NCBI RefSeq assembly: GCF_018350175.1
Contig: NC_058383.1
Location: 21,144,001 to 21,208,000, forward strand
Reading direction: 5' to 3'
Origin: Felis catus
Lineage: Eukaryota
Length of the DNA: 64,000 bases
Position numbers and translations under genes: made by a program. Positions 1-12,610 of the stretch are shown piece by piece (within the stretch, counting starts at the first letter, position 1; the number at the start of each line of letters is the position of its first letter). The notes beneath the pieces were generated by a model, which was not told the DNA's origin, did not search any database, and was given only the letters and a program-made list of their open reading frames with translations.

Positions 1-367
1 GAGAAGGAACAAGGCAGGAGATGAGAGGACGGGTTCAGGGTTCAACTGCCCTTTCAACAGCCAACCATTGAAAGAAGACCCCGAGCAAACTTGTTCTCTA
101 TAAAGTATCTAGAAGAGTAGGTCTCCGAGTTGCCGGGATGGACATACCACAGAGCTCCTTGAGAAAGGATCTAGTTACTTTTCATGACAACAATTTAAAA
201 CTATGGATGGTGATTTTCACATAATCAAGGCCTCTGTATCTAGACCAGTTTAGGATCGGTCATTAGGGTTTGTCAAAACCGAGGATAATAAACTCCACGG
301 GTTTCGGGGGCAAGGCAGATAGTGCCGGTCAGATGAGCACTGGGGTAAATCAGAAATGTAAAGTCCC

Positions 368-493
368 GGCCGCCTGGGTGGTGCAGTCGGTTGAGTGGCC
401 AACTCTTGACTTCGGCTCAGGTCATGGTCTCGCAATTCGTGGGTTCAAACTCCGCGTCAGGCTCCATGCTGACAGCGTGGAACCTGCTTGGGA

Positions 494-531
<38 letters not shown>

Positions 532-581
532 GCCCCTCCCCTGCTTATGTTCATGCACGCTCTCTCTCTCTCAAAAATAAG
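368..581 (+). mobile_element. CanSINE (SINEC_Fc-like)
   Basis: tRNA-derived head GCCTGGGTGG..CAGTCGGTT, (CT)n linker and A-rich tail. Confidence 0.9.
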
Positions 582-612
582 CTTTTTATTTTTCTTTAAA
601 GAAAGAAATGTT

Positions 613-845
613 GGGGCGCCTGGGTGGTGCAGTCGGTTAAGCGTCTGACTTCAGCCAGGTTACGATCTCACGGTCCGTGAGTTCGAACCCCGCGTCAGGC
701 TCTGGGCTGATGGCTCAGAGCCTGGAGCCTGTTTCCTATTCTATGTCTCCCTCTCTCTCTCTGCCCCTCACCTGTTCATGCTCTGTCTCTCTCTGTCCCA
801 AAAATAAATAAACGTTGAAAAAAAAAATTAAAAAAAAAAAAAAAG
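613..845 (+). mobile_element. Young CanSINE with TSD AAAGAAAGAAATGTT
   Basis: Full head, body and poly(A); TSD at 598-612 and 846-860. Confidence 0.95.
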
Positions 846-3096
846 AAAGAAAGAAATGTTAACTCCTATCAAAAGGAGAAAGCTCTCACTCGTGCTCCAA
901 ATGGCTGTTTTTTGCTTTACTAGAAGATCTGTGTTGTCAGATCTTGGAATGTTACAAAAGAAATTGTATTTTTATGGAAATGTATGTGTATGAAATCGCC
1001 TCCATCCTTCCACGTTGTCAAGTAACTTCTTTTTAAAGCATACTATACTAGCTGATGAAATTCATCCAAGGCCCCTGGGCTTTAAATCTTCTCTAAAGCT
1101 AAAAGTTTATATAATTGGCTTGTGCTATCACTTTGGGATAACTTTGTGAGAAAGAGGTCTCAAACTTTCTTATACAACTAGCTCCCTTCATTGGCCTTAA
1201 AGCCAATTCTTCCAAGGCTGAGGGTCCTTCTCCATACTGTTGCAGGAATTTAGAAACAAGGTCCTATTCAATGTATCCGTGTTGTTCGTCATTTTACTGA
1301 AGTCAGCGGGGCCCTTTCAGGCTTCTCGTTTCTGAACAAATATTACAGGTTGGTCTATACACATAGGACAGTAAGTCTAGAGATACAGAAAGTTTTTACC
1401 TAGAACTGCGATTATATGGGGCCGTCTACAATGAGTATATAATCTCCTCACATTAGAAGAAACCAGAACCAGATAGACAACGTGCACTGCTCAACGATCA
1501 CACGATGAGTTTCTCCCGGAGCGTGACCCTCCCTCCTCTGTCTCCCACGTGCCTGGGCTGAAAGCTCATTGTGTCTTTGGTTCATCTCTCCGTGGCTGTA
1601 TCAGTTAGCTGTTGTCACATAACAAACAATTACAAAGTATCAGTGGCCGAAAGCAGTAGGCAATTACTTCTCATTCCCGCGTCTGCAGCTCAGCTAGGGT
1701 TCAGCGGCGTGCTCCCGGGCTTGGCCAGGCTTCAGGTCTGGCTCACGTCACCTGGGGTCACTCTGCTCCCGTTCTGGGGCCCAGGGCCCCCGGGAGGCAG
1801 AAGAGTGGCTCCCTGAGGAGCCAGCAAAAACACACAATGCCTTTAAAGCCTGGGCTCAGAATTCATGGGGTGTCTCTTCCAACTACATTCCTCCGGCCAC
1901 AGCAAGCCGCTTGGCAAAGTCACAATAATAATCAGTGATGTCACACAATCTCCACGAGAGCCCTATGGAGCATAGAAAATCACCTCCATTTCCCAGGTAA
2001 AGGCATTGAACGGCAGAGAGACTGAACGAATGGATGGATGCCACACGCACTGACCAGTAATTGGCAGAATAAGCTTTCAAAACAGATCGCTTCTGCACCT
2101 CGCCACCATCGAACGCTGGATCTTTTCTGTCTTCCATGCTCCGGAAGTTACTGCCTCATCTTCACAAGCTCATTGTAGTTCTGAGCCTTGGAAGTGTGTT
2201 GGCTGTATCGGTAATCGATCCACGTCTGTGCGTTACACAGGTATAGCCATGGCCAAACCCTGTAAGGTCAAACCCCTGCGGTTACAAGATCAAAAGGAAT
2301 AGAGGAGAAAGGCCAGACAACCAAGACTGCAGGAGAAAGACGGGCTCCTTCCATGGCAGCAACCCCATTTCCCCGCGTTCCTGGACTGAAGTTGCGACAA
2401 AGAGCGCAAATGTAACTCTGTACCAAAATAATGGTGTGCAACTATTGGGCGACGTGTTAGCTGTTTTACCTTATAGCTTAGCCTTTGAGTTAGAACCATA
2501 AATAAGAGTGAACACTTTCCCCCTTGACACACAGCCCCAGAGACCATATAAATAACCAGAGCCGATTTAACTTGGGAGTTCAGAGAGAGCAGACAAGGGG
2601 TCATGACATTAAGTCAAATGTCACTCCTTCTCCTTTTTGTACTAACACAGATTCCTAACCAGAAAGGGCAAGATCTGGCCATGACGCTGGCCATAAAGGG
2701 ATAGGTGATGAATTAGGGGCCGAGTCAGAGATCATTGATCCCCTTTGATGTTCTGATAATGAGGGAGCCTAATCTCTCTATCAGCCTTTACTGTGCCCTA
2801 AATCTTCATGCTGTGTTTCTAATTTGGTCCGCACTGAAAACTGTTGTTCTGATGATTTTCAGGTTTACCAGACTGTCTCTCGAGACAGAGGAATTGCCTT
2901 AATCCGACAGAGACTGTTTCTGGAAATTCGAGTCCTGGACTTGAATCGTTTCCATCCTCTCTACTAAGCAGGGCCCTAGAAGATTTTTCAAGGACCTGCT
3001 GAGCGCCATGATTTTTGCTGTCCGTCAGCCAAGACTGAACAATCACTGAGCTTTAACAGGGGATCTACCTCGTCCAGCAAGAGAAATTATATTTTC

Positions 3097-3309
3097 TTTT
3101 TTTTTTTTTTTTCAACGTTTATTTTTGGGACAGAGAGAGACAGCATGAAGGGGGGAGGGGCAGAGAGAGAGGGAGACACAGAATCGGAAACAGGCTCCAG
3201 GCTCTGAGCCATCAGCCCAGAGCCCGACGCGGGGCTCGAACTCACGGACCGCGAGATCGTGACCTGGCTGAAGTCGGACGCTTAACCGACTGCGCCACCC
3301 AGGCACCCC
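3097..3309 (-). mobile_element. Young CanSINE with perfect TSD AGAAATTATATTTTC
   Basis: TSD at 3082-3096 and 3311-3325; CpG-rich body. Confidence 0.95.
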
Positions 3310-3563
3310 GAGAAATTATATTTTCATGTAAACACATTTTTAGGTAAACTCTCCCAGCTGGTACTTTGAAATTCAGGGAAATTCAGGAGTGCCTTCAGAC
3401 CCTCAATCAGCCACCATCAGAGGTCGGTAGAGAAAGGGTCTCAAGCTACCTAAGCCCAGACTTGCCAACATCAGCATCATTTTTTTTTTTTTTTGATATC
3501 TACCACTGAGCCCTGCCCCCTCCATGGCTAGTCTGGAGCTCGGTAGAGAACCATGGTCTAGTC

Positions 3564-3786
3564 CAGGAGTCAGCCAACAATGACCTGTGGACCAAGTTTG
3601 GCTCACTGCGTGTTTTTATAAATAAAGTTTTATTGAAATACATGCATGCTCGCTTGTTTATGTGTTGTCTACAGCTGCTTCTGTACTATAACAGCAGAGT
3701 CAAGGAGTTGCAACAGAGACCATCTGGCCTGCAAAGCCTAAAATATTTACAATCTGGCCCTTTGCAGAAAAAGTTTGTCAATCCTG
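3564..3786 (+). mobile_element. MER58A-like hAT-Charlie non-autonomous DNA transposon
   Basis: CAGG...CCTG termini; internal TAAATAAAGTTTTATTG and GCCTAAAATATTTAC; 8-bp TSD GTCTAGTC/GGCTAGTC. Confidence 0.85.
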
Positions 3787-3944
3787 GGCTAGTCCTTTGG
3801 ATATCTAAAAAAAGATATGTCCAGGTCCTTGAACTGAGAATTATCTCCAGCACAGCTCACTGTCTCTCAATTTTTAGGAAAATTCTCTATCTTATAACTG
3901 GAGTAGAAATATTGTGAATTAATGTGTTTAAAGCTTAGATATTA

Positions 3945-4270
3945 TATCGGTTTTAAGATATGTCCACCAATTATATCTTTATATTTTATGTATGTTTATG
4001 TATGTTTATATTCTTTGACAATCCTTCCATCAAGAGGGGGAGCCTCTGTCTCCTCCTCGTGGATCTGGGCAGGCTTGTAACTCACGTGTATCCAATAGAA
4101 TATGATAGAAGTAATGTGCTATGACTTCTGAAGCCACAAATGAGAAAACGATGGTGTAGTTTTCTTCTTGTTCGCCGGGACACTTATACTGGAGTCTTGA
4201 GCGACCTTTTAAGAAGTCTGACCACCTCGAGGCCACCATACTGTGAGGAAGTTCAAGCCACTTGGGGAGG
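3945..4270 (+). mobile_element. MLT1-type MaLR LTR fragment
   Basis: CCAATAGAATATGATAGAAGT...TGACTTCTGA block typical of MLT1. Confidence 0.6.
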
Positions 4271-4274
4271 TGAA

Positions 4275-4542
4275 AAAAAAATGAACCCTTGTGCACTGTG
4301 GGTGGGAACATAAATTGGTGCAGCCACAGTAGGAAACAGTGTGGAGGTGACTCAAAAAATTAAAAATAGAACCACCCTTTGACCCGGGATTTCCACTTCT
4401 GGGTATGTATCTGAAGGAAATGAAATCACCATCTCAAAAAGATATTTGTAACCCATGTTTGTTACAGCATTACCTGCAATTAGCCAAGATATGAAGACAA
4501 TCCAAGTGTCCATCAATAGATGAATGGGTTACGAAAACTTGG

Positions 4543-4579
<37 letters not shown>

Positions 4580-5100
4580 ACACACACACTGGAATTATTA
4601 TTCAGTCATAACAAAGAAGGAAACCCTGCCATTTGCAACTACATGGATGAACCTTGAGGGTATTAGGCTAAGTGAAATAATTCAGGCAGAGAAAGACAAA
4701 TACTGCACGATCGCTTGTATGTGGATTCTAAAAAAACAAACTCAAAAAATCAGAGAGCAGATTGGTGGTTGTCGGGGGCAGGATGCAGGAGTGGGAAATG
4801 GGTGAAGGCATTCAAAGGGTATAAGCTTCCAGTTTTCAGACGGATACGTTCCGGGAATCTAGTGGCCAGCATGGTGATTACAGGTAACAATATTGTATTG
4901 CATATTTGAAAGTTACTAAGAGAGAACATCTTAAATGTTCTTACCACACACACAATTTGTAACTATGTGAGGAAACGAATGTGTTAACTAGCTTTATCAC
5001 AGTAATCATTTTGCAACCTATACATATATCAAACCATTACATTGTTCACCTTAAACTTATACCATGTTATATGTGAATTATAGCTCAGTAAAGCTGGGGG
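4275..5100 (+). mobile_element. L1 3' end (ORF2 end and 3' UTR), with internal (CA)n
   Basis: Translates to the L1 relic KKETLPFATTWMNLEGIRLSEI; typical L1 3' UTR follows. Confidence 0.85.
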
Positions 5101-5390
5101 CGGGGGGGGGGTGTGCGGGGAGAAAGGAAAGAATGACTCAGAGTGTAGACTCAGAAGCCCAGAGGGTAAAGACAAGAGCCATGGCAATAACTCTCAAGGT
5201 CTAATACTGAGCGCTAATCAAGGAACAGACATTTGCCTGGCTAGATGTCAGAATAGCTATGGACGAGTGGTTGCCATATATCTCTTTCCCTCGCACATCT
5301 TTTTGAACTGCAGTGGCTATTGTAGTGATTTATCCTTAAATCATCATTGTGTGGTAGTTGTATGGAGAAGCAGATGATTTGTCTAAGTCT

Positions 5391-5569
5391 TTTTTTTTAA
5401 AGAGAGAGAATAAGTGGGGGAGAGGGACAGAGAGAGAGAGAGAGAGAGAGAGAGAATCTTAAACTCAGCACAGATCCTGACACAGGGCTCGATCCTACGA
5501 CCCTGGGATCATGACCTGAGCTGAAACTAAGAGTTGGACACTCGACCGACTGAGCCATCCGGGCGTCCC
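5391..5569 (-). mobile_element. CanSINE, older subtype
   Basis: Reverse-strand SINE head and body with (GA)n. Confidence 0.85.
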
Positions 5570-7268
5570 TTTAAGTCTAGATTGAAAGAAGCATACGCAA
5601 GGAGCACCCCCCAGAGAGCCTCGCCCACGCCTGGACGTGAGTTAGACAATGAAATCCTGAAATCCGATGCCAACTCTTATCTGACAGATAGAATCAGCTT
5701 CCCCTCTTGTGGGGGAGCCAACTTTGGGAAAAAACACAAAGCGTTATGAAGAAGAACAAGAATAGTGGAAAAGGGGTCAAGAAAAATTATGGGAAAGCAT
5801 ACAATCATGGAAATCAGATCCCAAAGAAGATGAGGGAGGGACGCTAGACCCCTCTACGATTCAGCAAACGTAAAGGCACTTTTTCTTGCCCACTGCGACA
5901 CCACTTAATGTTGAAAACAGTAGCTGACAATTTTCCTTGCTGCCTGAGGACCAACCAAGGGCTCGCCTCACCACCTCACCTCACTTGTATCACATACTGA
6001 GATTGATAAACGAATGAGTGACCCAGATGCCACATTTGTATGCACTTTTTTTAAATGACTGGAACACAGAAATTCTTAGTGTCTCTACATCAGGAGCTAG
6101 AGAACAATATTTGGCCCTCCAGCTGAACAGCCTTGCCACAGTCTACCCGGCCCAGCCTCACTCTGATCTCAGACTCAGTAGCACAGTAACAGAAGCCATG
6201 GAAGAAAGAAACTGCCAGCTTGCCAAGTCTAACCCAAACCTGGGTCTGGCTGAAAAGGCTCACACAGATTCCTTTTCTAACAAGAATACTCTTATGCCCA
6301 GGTAGCATCTCCTGTGGTTGACTACCTGTGGCGGGTAGATAAGTTTGTTAGTTTTACTTCCGCAAACCCACAAGAGAAAAGACCAAGCCTCTTGCGACCT
6401 TGGAGGAGAGAAGAGAGGGCAGAGACTAAGATCCAGACCCAATCAGCAGTCAGGTCACAGCGAGAATTAGTTCCTGTTGTGTTTAGACCATGCTAGTTTC
6501 AGTCATCATTTCAAGATTGGAGGTGGTTCAAAGCTGAGAATTAAAGCATCTTCAGTTCCGAGCCCGAGTTGGGTTCCATCTTGCCAACTCCTCTCCCCGC
6601 ATCATGTAAAGCTGCTGGGACAAAATGGGACCATCTGAGCGGGAATCGGATAATAAGAGCAAAGAGGAAGTAGGTTGGGGAGGGACGGTTGAGGCCACTC
6701 CAAGTAACCGGAGAACCTATTAGTTCCAGCAGAATCCTTGCCAATCCCATTGGCCGCCATGAGCCTGTTTCCCCAGGAGAGCCCCAGGGATGAGGGTCTG
6801 GCTTGCTGCTGTGAGCACAGGCAGAGCCCTGAAAACCCAGGGGGACTGGGGACTGGAAAATCCAATTGCTAATGATGATCCCTATGAACTATGTGTGTCT
6901 GCTAAGGAGTGACGGTTCTCTGAAACCTTAACACCTTGTCACTCGCACACCTGAGACACGGGTATATACTGTGAGCCCCACATGCAGCGTTACTGAATAT
7001 CAAATTCTACATTTCGGGCACCAGCCTCTCAGGGGAACCCAACCAACACAGAAAACATCAATGCAGACACACGCACGGTTTGATTCAGTGGAAATGCTTT
7101 CCACGGGGACCTCGGAGCTAAGCAGCAGAGCAGGACGGGCAGGGCGGGGCACACAGAAACAGAGGCAGGGCACAGAGATTTTAGCTAAGATGTTAAATGA
7201 CCCAGGGAATTGATGGACGAGAAGAAAATGGAGATGAGGGAAGGAGAAGCTCAAGAAGGAAGAGAACA

Positions 7269-7385
7269 GGGGCACCTGGGTGGCTCAGTCCATCTCTTGG
7301 TTTCGGCTCAGGTCCTGATCTCACAGTTGGTGAGTTTGAGCCCCGCATGGGGCTCTGTGCTGACAGTGCAGGACTTGCTTGGGAT

Positions 7386-7417
<32 letters not shown>

Positions 7418-7494
7418 GCTCTCTGCCCCTCCCCTGCTCATGTTCTCTCTCTCTCTCAAAATAAAAATAAAGATAAATTAAAAAAAAAAAAAAA
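7269..7494 (+). mobile_element. CanSINE with TSD AAGAAGGAAGAGAACA
   Basis: TSD at 7253-7268 and 7493-7508. Confidence 0.92.
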
Positions 7495-7572
7495 GAAGGA
7501 AGAGAACAACTAAGGGAAACAATGGCAGTTTGTAATACAGAAATGATGGAAATAAGAAAACCTCTATTTTCC

Positions 7573-8044
7573 GGGGTCCCTGGGTGGCTCAGTCGGTTAA
7601 ACATCTGACTCTTGATTTTGGCTCAGGTCACGATCTCACGGTTTGTGGGTTCAAGCCCTGTGTCGGGCTTTGCGCTGACACTGTGGAGCCTGCTTGGGAT
7701 TCTCTCTCTGTCCCTCTCTGCCCCTCCCCTGCTTGATCTCTCTCTCTCTCTCTCTCTGTCTCAAAAAATAAATAAACAGGGGCGCCTGGGACTCTTGGTT
7801 TCGGCTCAGGTCATGATCTCGTGGTCCATGAGTTCGAGCCCCACGTCGGGCTCTGTGCTGACAGCTCAGAGCCTGGAGCCTGTTTCGGATTCTGTGTCTT
7901 CCCCTCTCTCTGACCCTCCCCCGTTCGTGCTCTGTCTCTCTCTGTCTCCAAAATAAATAAACGTTAAAAAAATAAAAAAAAATAAATAAATAAACGTTAA
8001 ATAAATAAATAAATAAACATCAAAACATTAAAAAAAAAAAAAAA
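7573..8044 (+). mobile_element. Nested CanSINE pair (second copy from 7779 inserted in the tail of the first)
   Basis: Outer TSD AAGAAAA(C/T)CTCTATTTTCC at 7554-7572 and 8043-8061. Confidence 0.9.
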
Positions 8045-8286
8045 GAAAATCTCTATTTTCCAAAACTACCGTCTTTTTATCATGCAGTGTCATGATTATT
8101 TGTTTACATCCCTCCTCTTGCCTCAAGTTCAAGACAGAAAAACTATCCAGATTGCTAGCACAGCTCTCACAGCGTTAGCAAGGTTCTTGGGGTAGACATT
8201 TAATAAGCTGAATATAGAGAAGGGACAGGGGGCAGAGGGAAACCAGCCCGAAGAGCTTAAGGCTGAATGCCCAGAGTTCTTCCTCA

Positions 8287-8733
8287 GGGGCACCTGGGTG
8301 GCTCAGTGGGTTGAACGTCCAACTTCAGCTCAGGTCATGATCTCGGGGTTGACCAGTTCAAGCCCCGCGTGGGGCTCTGTGCTGTCAGCTCAGCGCCTGG
8401 AGCCTGCTTCGGATTCTGCGTCTCCCCCTCTCTCTGCCCCTCCCCCACTCGTGCTCTGTCTCTCTCTGTGTGTCAAAAATAAACATTAAATTAAAAAAAA
8501 AATTCTAGGGGCACCTGGGTGGCGCAGTCGGTTAAGCGTCCGACTTCAGCCAGATCACGATCTCGCGGTCCGTGAGTTCGAGCCCTGCGTCGGGCTCTGG
8601 GCTGCTGGCTCGGAGCCTGGAGCCTGTTTCCGATTCTGTGTCTCCCTCTCTCTCTGCCCCTCCCCCGTTCATGCTCTGTCTCTCTCTGTCCCCCAAAAAA
8701 TAAATAAATAAATAAACGTTGGAAAAAAAAAAA
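8287..8733 (+). mobile_element. Two tandem CanSINEs (starts at 8287 and 8508)
   Basis: Two complete heads, bodies and A-tails. Confidence 0.9.
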
Positions 8734-8767
8734 GTTCTTCAGTATTTAAACAATCTCTGTTTCTGTT

Positions 8768-8805
<38 letters not shown>

Positions 8806-9070
8806 ACGTGAAGAGCCTTGGAAGCATCCTCATTTCTCCCTCTTCCTCGACCCAAGTCTCCATCACTTTCCTACCCCCTCTGCTTCCCAATGTTACCGGT
8901 GTCCATTACTTCCTTCCCACCCTTGGCATCTCTGGCCTGATTATACTAAGGCTTCTTGGGCTGCCAGTGTGATCATAGCCCGAACAGAAAATAAATTACT
9001 TCATTTATTTTTAATTGATAGTTTGATGAATCATTAAAATAATCATTATTTTCAATAATGTAAAAAAATT

Positions 9071-9283
9071 GGGGGCCCCCTGGGAGGCTCAGTCGGTTAA
9101 GCGTCCGACTCTTGGTTTCGGCTCGGGTCATGATCTCGTGGTTCGTGAGTTCCGGACCAGCATTGGCCTCTGCGCTGATAGCGTGGAGCCTGCTTGGGAT
9201 TCTCTCTCTGTCTCTGTCTCTGCCCCTCCCCCGCTCACCCTGTTTCTCTCAAAATAAATAAACTTTAAAAAAATTTAAAAAAA
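9071..9283 (+). mobile_element. CanSINE
   Basis: SINE head, body and tail. Confidence 0.9.
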
Positions 9284-9982
9284 ATTTTTTTTTTTTTGCT
9301 TAGAAATGCCTCTAGTTTACAAAGCCAGAGATCGCCGTGTCAAGTTCTGTTTTTTTTTTTTAAACCACTTATAAAAAAGATGTTGACAATTCTTAGAGGA
9401 AGAAAAAGCTGTGTTACTCATTAAGTCAGAGTTACACACGGATTATATTTATAATATATATTTGTGTATCTACCATTTAGAGAGAAAAGGTAGGGAACAG
9501 CAAAGCGAGGGCTGCAGCAGTCAGATCTCTGATACTTGATTGTTTCTCACAAAGAGTGTTTGTTGGCAGAAGGGACCAACCAGAACCATCCTTGCTTGAA
9601 TTGTGATGGCTCCCTATCATCTACAGGGCAAAGTCCAAGGCCAGGTATGTCCTTGTTAGTACTATCAGGGCTCAGCCCATATCCCTTGAATCCCTTGTAA
9701 GATTTCTGGGTACCTCTCCCCCTGTGTCCCCCAGCTTCTGTAACCTTTGCATCAAAGGACGCATACCTTAGACTCTCTCTAGAATCCGCACGAGTGGAGC
9801 CTCCGCCCCCAAGTGCAGAGAAGCAAAAGTCAAGGCAGCCTACGACTCACTGAACTAAGAGCAGGAAAACCCAGCTCCCTTGCTTCAAGTAGGGACCAAC
9901 TGTGAGGTGTAACTTACACTCCAGAGTTCCCCTGCAGATCAAGTCGAGGCCAGGACTTTGCCTAAAATCACATCCTTGCTGG

Positions 9983-10461
9983 GTACCTCATTTATCCACT
10001 GATGCATTGCAAACTCCTTCCAAAATTAATGGCTTAAAACAACAAGCATTTATCATCTCGTTCAGTATCTGAGGGTCAGGAATCCGGGAGCGGCTCACCT
10101 GGCTGCAGGCGGGTTGTCAGCAGGGGCTGCAGTCGTCTGATGGGGACGGAGGGTCTGCTTCCAAGATCACTCACATGGCTGTTGGCAGGAGGCTTCAGTT
10201 TCTTGCCAGATGGGCCTCTCTATAGGGCTGCTCACACGACGTAGCAGCTGTCTTTTCCCAAAGCAAATGATCCAAGAGGAGAGAGCTAGTAAGTGAGCAA
10301 GAGAGCACAGAAACAGAACCTAATATCAGAAGGGACAGATCGTCACTTGGGCTATTTGCTGTCAGTCACACAGAGCAGCTGGCACAACGTGGGACAGGAC
10401 AGCAAGAAAGGGTACCAGGCAGTGAGGATGATCGGGGGCCCTCCTGGACACTAACAACCAC
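9983..10461 (-). mobile_element. MLT1F-like MaLR LTR
   Basis: GGCTTAAAACAACAAGCATTTATCATCTC...GGTCAGGAATCC...CTGCTTCCAAGATCACTCACATGGCTGTTGGCAGG, ending in CCACA. Confidence 0.75.
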
Positions 10462-10540
10462 AGTGGGCCTCCTGCCTTCTCCACCCTGCTCCTCCCATTC
10501 TCTAATCAGATTTTTCTAGAAGCACTTCTCCCTCCCCACC

Positions 10541-10663
10541 CAGTTTTATTGAGATATAATTGACATACAGCCCTGCTCAAGCTTTTGAACAGTGTGACTT
10601 GACTTACATATATTGTGAAATGATGACCACAATTGGTTAACATCCACCATCTGATATAGATAC

Positions 10664-10702
<39 letters not shown>

Positions 10703-12610
10703 AGGAAGAAATGAAGGAGGAAGGAAGGAAGGAGGAAGGAAGGAAGGAGGAAGGAATGAAAGAAAGAAAGAAATAAGGAAGGAAGGAAGGAAGGAAGGAA
10801 GGAGGAAGGAAGAAGGAAGGAGGGAAGGAGGAAGGAAGGAAGGAAGGAAGGAGGAAGGAAGAAGGAAGGAGGGAAGGAGGAAGGAAGGAAGGAAGGAAGG
10901 AAGGAAGGAAGGAAGGAAGGAAGAAGGAGGGAAGGAAGGAGGAAGGAAAGAAGGAGGAAGGAAAGAAGGAGGAAGGAAGGAAGGAAGGAAGGAAGGAAGG
11001 AAGGAAGGAAGGAAGGAGGAAGGAAGGAGGAAGGAATGAAAGAAAGAAAGACATAAGGAAGGAAGGAAGGAAGGAGGAAGGAGGAAGGAAGGAGGAAGGA
11101 AGGAAGGAAGGAAGGAAGGAAGGAAGGAAGGAGGAAGGAAGGAGGAAGGAATGAAAGAAAGAAAGACATAAGGAAGGAAGGAAGGAAGGAGGAAGGAGGA
11201 AGGAAGGAAGGAAGGAAGGAAGGAAGGAAGGAAGGAAGGAAGAAATGAAGGAGGAAGGAAGGAAGGAGGAAGGAATGAAAGAAAGAAAGACATAAGGAAG
11301 GAAGGAAGGAAGGAGGAAGGAGGAAGGAAGGAGGAAGGAAGGAAGGAAGGAAGGAAGGAAGGAAGGAAGGAAGGAAGGAGGAAGGAGGAAGGAGGGAAGG
11401 AAGGAGGAAGGAAAGAAGGAGGAAGGAAGGAAGGAAGGAAGGAGGAAGGAAGGAAGGAAGAAATGAAGGAGGAAGGAAGGAAGGAGGAAGGAAGAAGGAA
11501 GGAAAGAAAGAAAGAAGGAAGGAAGAAGGAAGGAAGGAGGGAAGGAAAGAAGGAAGGAAGGAAGGAAGGAAGGAAGGAAGGAAGGAAGGAAGGAAGGAAG
11601 GAAGGAAGGAAGGGAGAAAAAATTGTTTCTCTTGTGATGAGAATTCTTAGGATTTATGCTCTTGCCAACTTTCACGTACCTACCACAGTGTTAGCTATAG
11701 TCATCGCGTTGTACATCACATGCCCAGGACTTCTTTATCTTCTAACTGGAAATTTGGACCTTTGACCACCTGTCTCCAATTTCCTCATCCGCACCCTCCA
11801 CCCCCCTGCTTCTGATAACCACAAATCTGATCTCTTTCTATGAGCGTGGCTTTTGTTTTTTCAGTTTTGCTCTTAGATTCCACATGTAAGTGAAATCACA
11901 CAATATTTGTTTTTCTCTGTTTGACTTATTTCAGTTGGCAGAATGCCCTCAAGGTCCATTTATATTGTCACAAATGCAGGATTCCCTCCCCCCCCTTTCT
12001 GGCTGAATAATGTTCCCTTGTATATACATACCACATCTTCTTCATTCATTCCTCTGTCGATGGACACTCACGTTGCTACTCTGTCTCAGCTACTGAAAGT
12101 CATGCTGCAATGAACACGGGGTGCAAATCTCTCTTCGAGATCCCGTTTTCAACTCCTTTGGCTATAGACCCAAAAATGGCATTGCTGGTTCATGCGGTAG
12201 GTGCATTTGTAACCTTCGGAGGACCCTCCATCCTGTTTCCCGTCGTGGCTGGACCAGCTTCCATTCCCACCCGTGGTGCACGGTGTTGCCTCTTCTCCAC
12301 ATCCTCACCAGCATTGGGTATCTCTTGACTTTGTGATGATGGCCATTGCAGCAGGCATGCAATAGCTCACTGTGCTTCTGATCTGCATTTCTCTAATATG
12401 GGTGATGTTGAGCATCTTTTCAAGCACACGTTGGCCATTCATATACCTTCCTTCGACGGACGTCTATTCAGCTCTTTGGCTTATTTTAAAAGTAGACGCT
12501 TTGTGTTTGTTTTGCTGTTGAGTTATAGGAGTCTTTTAAAAAGTATCCTTTGGATATGAACCTCTTTTATCAGATACATGGTTTGCAAATGCTGTTTTCC
12601 ATTGGGAAGT
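10541..12610 (-). mobile_element. L1 3' portion (L1MA/L1_Carn-like) hosting the purine array
   Basis: TTTTATTGAGATATAATTGACATAC 3' end; reverse-strand ORF2 relic YPMLVRMWRRGNTVHHGWEWKLVQP. Confidence 0.85.
10665..11615. repeat. About 950-bp (GAAA)n/(GGAA)n/(GGAGGAA)n polypurine array
   Basis: Almost exclusively A/G on the + strand, interrupted only by ATG and (C/A)ATA landmarks. Confidence 0.98.

Noticed and set aside
613..700. tRNA-like A/B boxes (TGG..CAGTCGG, GTTCGAACCC) here and in other SINE heads
   Set aside because: They are tRNA-derived SINE heads followed by (CT)n and poly(A), not tRNA genes.
10506..11765. Long ORFs (389, 218, 207 and 100 aa) rich in PSFL or EGRK
   Set aside because: They are translations of the stop-poor GGAA/TTCC microsatellite, not genes.
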